Positions 58,275 through 64,000 of a stretch of DNA of 64,000 bases are shown here, piece by piece; the stretch's first letter is position 1; every line of letters begins with the position of its first letter. A program made the position numbers and the translations under genes. The stretch lies in the NCBI RefSeq assembly GCF_009914755.1, contig NC_060931.1, one strand, 5' to 3'. The notes beneath the pieces are model-generated. The model was not told the origin of the DNA and did not search any database. It saw only the letters and a program-made list of their open reading frames with translations. This stretch comes from the human T2T-CHM13v2.0 reference genome, Homo sapiens.

Positions 58275-59571
58275 ATATCCTTCTCTTAATGATCCTCCTC
58301 ATTAAGAGAAGTATATATGTATCCAATGACCTTTTAATTCATGGAAAGTGCTGTTGGATAATCATCTTCACATTCTCATTATCAATGGGAATATGAGGGG
58401 TTTGGTTAACCTGCTTGACTGATTCCAGTCTCTTGTGCATTCAGTATCTTTTACCTAAACTCTACTGAAACTGTTCTTCCCTCCCTCTGTTCAGAAACTA
58501 GCTCCTAGTTTGCTGTCTAGGAGTAGATAACAAGCCCTATATTTATTTTGAGACTCTCTGGGATATATAGTTATAAATGTATGAGTTAGAGTTCTAGTAA
58601 AAGGGGCAAATTGGGAGGCAGTTACATGAACCCTATTTTTCCATATTATATTCTCTTCATCAGATGATCTGCTGCTCAGAGAAAGGGCTCCATGAACATG
58701 AATTCTTGACTTCTGATGCCACACCCTGTGCTTACCTCAGTATTAAAGTAAAAAACAAAACTCCATGGTTTTTATTGACTGTACTGTGTTGGTTAAGGGA
58801 GACAGAATGAATCCAGTTTGTTCTATTGGGAAGTCTGGGTTCCTTTTCTACTCTGCTGATGAGAAACAGGATCAGAGGGCACAAGGGGGATGGGGCACAG
58901 CCCTTCACATATTACCAGCTGTCTTAGAACTGGCTGGCTAACCCACTGCAAAGTGTTGGGTCTTAGTGAATGGTCAGTAGGCAAAGCATTATTTTATATC
59001 CTTCTTCCACTCTTTTCCAGCTCTCTCTGAAGGGCTGCAGCTAGGTATAACAAACATCAACCAGTAGTATTAGATTGTCAGTGATCAGCATGCCAAAATG
59101 CAGTTCCTTGTTACGTGACAAGTAGAGAAAACATATGGCAGGCAGGTGGTGGTGGCAGGATCATTATCAGCTCAGAGTGAGATTGGCAGTTCATTTGCAG
59201 AGAGTGATGCCCACCTGCCATGGCAACAGTACACCACTGGGCACCCAGAAGCCCTCATGATCATGTCCTTCTAACAGTGTTTAGCCTGCCCTGCATAATC
59301 CTTACTGGTTGGCAGACATTACTGAGCAGTGACCGTGGCCTCAGTGTGGGAACTATTGTGATGAAACAGATGCTCAAAGGTGAAGACCCTGCTTGTGAGG
59401 AGGCTACTTTTTTGTGTTTTTTGCTGTTTTTTGTTTTTAAAGGCAGATGTTTTCTTTATATATTTACTTAGCTCACCGTATTGTTTCTCTTAAGACTTAA
59501 TCAAATTTTTCCCCTTTCCAAATGTAATTTAAACATTTTAATCCCTGTGGAAATGTACGATGTGAAAAATT

Positions 59572-59738
59572 GGAAGTACCTTATAATTGCACTTTGAAGA
59601 TAAGCCCTTCTACAGTGCCAAGTATGTTCCTCTGGATTTTGTTCCATGTTTCCCTCACTTTTGTTCCCCTAAAAGGATTACATCATATTTACCATTGTTC
59701 ATTTGCCTTTCTCTTTGGACATCTTTCCATAGCAGAAT
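59572..59738 (+). repeat. Dispersed direct repeat, copy 2 (167 bp), embedded in L1ME-like sequence (about 59500-60060)
   Basis: Same sequence as 58107-58274; flanks resemble antisense L1ME 3' UTR (ttcctagaagtggaactgctgggttaaagg). Confidence 0.93.
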
Positions 59739-60400
59739 GTGTAGCTCCCACGTGTTCTCAGCAGCTACATCATATTTATTCAGTATTGGTAATATGTAGG
59801 TGAAAAAGATAGGCAAGGTTTCTGCCAACTTATAACTCATGAGATTTAAGATTACTGAAATCTCAACTTGTAATTATGCATTTGTGTTAAACTACTATGA
59901 ATGCAAAGGACACCACATTTGTACATACATCTTTGTTTCTGTAGATTGAATTCCTAGAAGTGGAACTGCTGGGTTAAAGGACATCCACATATTAAATGTT
60001 AGTAGAATTGCCAGCCTGACCTCCAATGATGTTATAATAATTTAGACTCCTGCCAACAGTGAAAAATACCACTTAGAGAAGCATGTGGAAATTGGAAGTT
60101 CATTGGACAAAAGCACAGACAACAGTGATTAAATTCAGCAACTAGAGAAGTAGATAAAGGTGGGAAAATGATGGTGAATGCACTGAAAATTCTGTAGATC
60201 TGCACGTGATAGATCTCTAAGGCAGACAATTCTTCATAGAAAAATTCTGTCACAGCGCAGGACATCAAAATTTGTCAATTTTATAGGAAGTCAGTGAGCC
60301 ATAGACTATTCTTATCTCCCTTCTATGACTGCCTCTGAGAAATGGTAAGAAAGGCATATTTGGGTTGACTTGTGGTAGACATGCAGCTTGTGCCTTAGAG

Positions 60401-60736
60401 CAAGGGTCCCCAAGCCCCGGACTGCGGACCGGTACTGGTCCCTGGCCTGTTAGGAAGCAGGCTGCACAGCAGGACATGAGCAGCAGGCCAGCCAGCGTCA
60501 CTGCCTGAGCTCTGCCTCCTGTCAGATCAGCAGCAGCATTAGATTCTCATAGAAGTGCAAAGCCTAGTGTGAACTACACGTGCGAGGGATCTAGGTCTCA
60601 TGCTCTTTATGAGAATCTAATGCTTGATGATCTGAAGGTGGGACAGTTTCATCCCGAAATCATCCTCCCCACCATCCATGTAAAAATTGTCTTCTACAAA
60701 ATCGGTCCCTGGTGCCAAAAGGGTTGGGGACCACTT
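60401..60736 (+). mobile_element. MER1B (hAT-Charlie MITE), full length
   Basis: caagggtccccaa...gcattagattctcatag...ggttggggaccact; 8-bp TSD ccttagag / tcttagag. Confidence 0.92.
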
Positions 60737-60945
60737 TCTTAGAGTGTTGACTCTTTTCAGAATGTAAGAAAATAGCCAAGTGTATTTTATATCCTGAGAA
60801 AGGTGGCCTAAAAGGTAGACTATTTTATCTTATATGACAACCGGAGACTTCTGTGTCCTTATTTAGGGGTTATTGAACATGACTTCTAATTATGGTTTTG
60901 GGAAACCATCCGTATATTTTCTTGGGAATGTGATTGAACTGTCTT

Positions 60946-61260
<315 letters not shown>

Positions 61261-61364
61261 TGAAGTAACCAGTAGATTCAGGAGTTAGCTGGGTTTGGGT
61301 TCAGAGTTGCCTCGCTCCTGCCGCTGTTATTTACTAATGTGTGGGCAGAACAGCCTGGGGGGTT

Positions 61365-61384
61365 GAGAGAGAGAGAGAGAGAGA
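61365..61384. repeat. (GA)n microsatellite
   Basis: read directly. Confidence 0.85.
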
Positions 61385-61389
61385 AAGGC

Positions 61390-61970
61390 AGATACATAAA
61401 ATAAAATTTACCTTCTTATTCAATTTTAAGTGTACAATTCAGTGACATTAAGCACATTCATTCACATTGTTGTGCAACCATCACTGTCCATCCCCAGAAC
61501 TTTTTCTTTCCTCTTGCACAATCGAAACTCTATACCCATTAAATAAATCTCTCCATCCCCTGTCAACCATGTTCCTATTTTTGGTCTAAGAATTTGACTA
61601 CTCTAGGTACCTTATTTAAATGGAATCACACAGTATTCTTTTTTGTAAGTAAGTTTTTTTTTTGTGACTGACTTCCTTCACTTATAATGTCCTCAAGATA
61701 ATGAGAATTTCCTTCCTTTTTAAAGCTGAATAACATTCTATTGTATGTATCTACCATATTTTGTTTATCTACTTATCCAACAATGGGTATGTCAGTTGCT
61801 TCCACCTTTGGCTGTTGTAAATAAATTCTTCTGTGAGCCTGGGTATTGAGATATCTCTTTAAGATCCTGCTTCCAATTCCACTGATGTATACCTAGAAGT
61901 GGAATTGGTGGATCATATAGTAATTCTATTTTTAATTTTTTTGGAAAGCTAAGCAATATTTTTGCATCAT
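61390..61970 (-). mobile_element. L1MA/MB 3' end
   Basis: ttttaagtgtacaattcagtgacattaagcacattca..ttgtgcaaccatcac...atttgactactctaggtacc...cctagaagtggaattggtggatcatat. Confidence 0.88.
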
Positions 61971-64000
61971 ATTTCTGATAATTTAGGAGTGGAAACTGGA
62001 ACACTGTGGAACTGAGAAATGGTTTGATCTAGAATTATCCTCCACTGGTAACTGCCCAGTTTGTCAATGTGTGTAATTGTAGGCCAAGGAGTTGGTTGTG
62101 TGCCTGTTCACTGTTTTCCAAAACAATGACTGTAAATCAAGAGACCTGAATTTGAAGGGAGACGCAGATACAATGCAGGATGGTCTTTGATCGGTGTCTG
62201 TGACTTTAGTTGTCATTGTTCTATGCACGCCGTGCCTTTGATCATGGAACCTTGCTTCATTTAGTAGGCCTCTACTTTGTGAAATAGAGGGATGGTGTGG
62301 TATGTTTACAGGAAGAAAGGCTGATATTGATACCTGATTTTCTTGGAATGTTTACTTAGCCACAAAACTGACAATTTATATACACAAGTGCTATATCCTT
62401 GTGTTATTTAGTCATTGGCGTGTATTCCTAAAGAATTATTGTGTTTTTTCTTCATGATTTTCCTTTGACATCATTATATACATCCTTGAGGTCAGCTCAC
62501 CATTCTAACTTTGGCCTTTATTTAATTTACCTAAACATATATTTTCCTTGTCTGAGTGACTTCTTGATGCCAGCTCATGGGCATGCTGGAGAAATGGGAG
62601 TGCTCTGAATTGTAGTCAATGCAGGATGGCTTTTGTGTTCTGGTTTTGCTCACCCAAGCAATACCTACTCCCCAGGGAAATAGGAGTTTATTGGAACTCT
62701 TGGCAGGGTGAATACTTTAGTCCCCACTTTTATTGATTAGATTTCCCTGGTATTTTGGTGGGTGCAGGCATTCAAAATCTTTATAGACAGAGCAAATGTA
62801 ATGTAACCTTTTGTTTTTATCCATTTCTTAATAATATCCCCTTCCCCCCACTAATTATTCTTAGAAGCCATTAAGCAAGTCTCCTTTCTTCATATTCTTG
62901 TTCCTCTCATCATAGTTTCATTACTGCTGTTGTTTTAAAGATTGGGTGACATTGGGTGTATTTGACATAAAGGCAGAAGTATCTCCATGTAAAATTTGTG
63001 CTGCTTGTGTGGCTGGAACTCCTCCAGGGAGAGTTCTGGAAAAAGGGATTTAATTTCTCCTGACTGCTGGTGACCTTGGAAATTTTGGCCATAGATGACT
63101 GTGATTGACGCTTGTATAATGGAGAAAAAAGACCCACCCTCAACTTTCATCCTTTAGAGGAAGGCAATGGGAGTTGGCAGCTCTGGTGAGGAATAAGAAG
63201 GGACATACAGGCTACACAAGGGACAGTTTCCAGTAGTGCCTCTGAAACCTTTTGACATTCCTCCTTAGGGACAAGCAGGTTGTATTAAAAGTAGGTATTG
63301 GTGTGAGTTATGCCTGTGATAAAATAATGAGTAAGATAATGGAGCATTAGCACAAACACACATTATACTTTTTAAGTATGTTTGTAGGATTATAAATCCT
63401 GGAGAATCGAGATTTAATGAAACTGCTGGAAGCTGGGATCACTATTTTCAAATAGTGATCTCTGTGTCTTTCTCTAAGGTACCCCTCAGATTTATTTAAA
63501 ATATTGTCATTTGTCAAAATTTGATGTTTATATGTGCCTATTATTTACTTCCGTATAGAAACTGCTTGGTCAGTATATTTTCAGATCATTTTATTATGTT
63601 TGTTTTCAGGTTGTTATCACTACTTCTAGAAATCTTTGCCATTTTCTAATGGCCCCTTACCTAAAATGTTTTAATGTTTTGTGGATCTCGAGTTTGTGTA
63701 TGCTCCTAATTAAATATTTACCGAAGTGAAGGTTTATCAGGGAGCAGTGATGTCCACTTAAATGAATGCATGATGTCAGATAGAGACTCTTAACATCTCC
63801 ATGGACGCCATATTCAGCTGTATTTTACCTTTCCCCTCAAAACAGATAAAAGCGTCTGCCCATCCCGGGGACAGAGGAGTGGCTGGGATAGGAGACTCAT
63901 TTTGTCAAAAATGTATCAAATAAGAACACTTTCTAAATGTGTTTATAAAGGTTTATAGGCATTATAGATTAAAATTCCATTGATGAAAATGAAATGTAGT

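Noticed and set aside
58022-59803. Two ORFs sharing LKISPSTVPSMFLWILFHVSLTF, looking like paralogous membrane peptides
   Set aside because: A by-product of the 168-bp DNA duplication; an indel breaks frame agreement and flanks are unrelated

Overview
Primate, almost certainly human, genomic DNA lying inside the SND1 (Tudor-SN/p100) gene, transcribed on the + strand. The only protein-coding sequence I can support is one 90-nt internal exon at 35170-35259 ([30 protein letters not shown], recognised as SND1; exon 11 by my recollection, numbering unverified). The ORF track misses it. The rest is intron: about 25 Alu/FLAM/FRAM SINEs, MIR, L2, old L1M, MaLR and other LTRs, and Tigger/hAT DNA-transposon relics. 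All listed ORFs look like Alu-derived or chance frames. I see no CRISPR, rRNA, tRNA or other new multi-gene system. The most noteworthy signals are: (1) a cluster at 57.8-59.7 kb with a tailless 3'-truncated Alu inside a perfect TSD, a 168-bp non-tandem local duplication, and a fold-back hairpin exactly at its junction; (2) a very young AluYg6 with almost no poly-A tail; (3) inverted Alus bracketing the SND1 exon; (4) two candidate poison exons, one also resembling a recursive splice site. Coordinates of old repeats are approximate and subfamily names come from recalled consensus sequences, not a database search.
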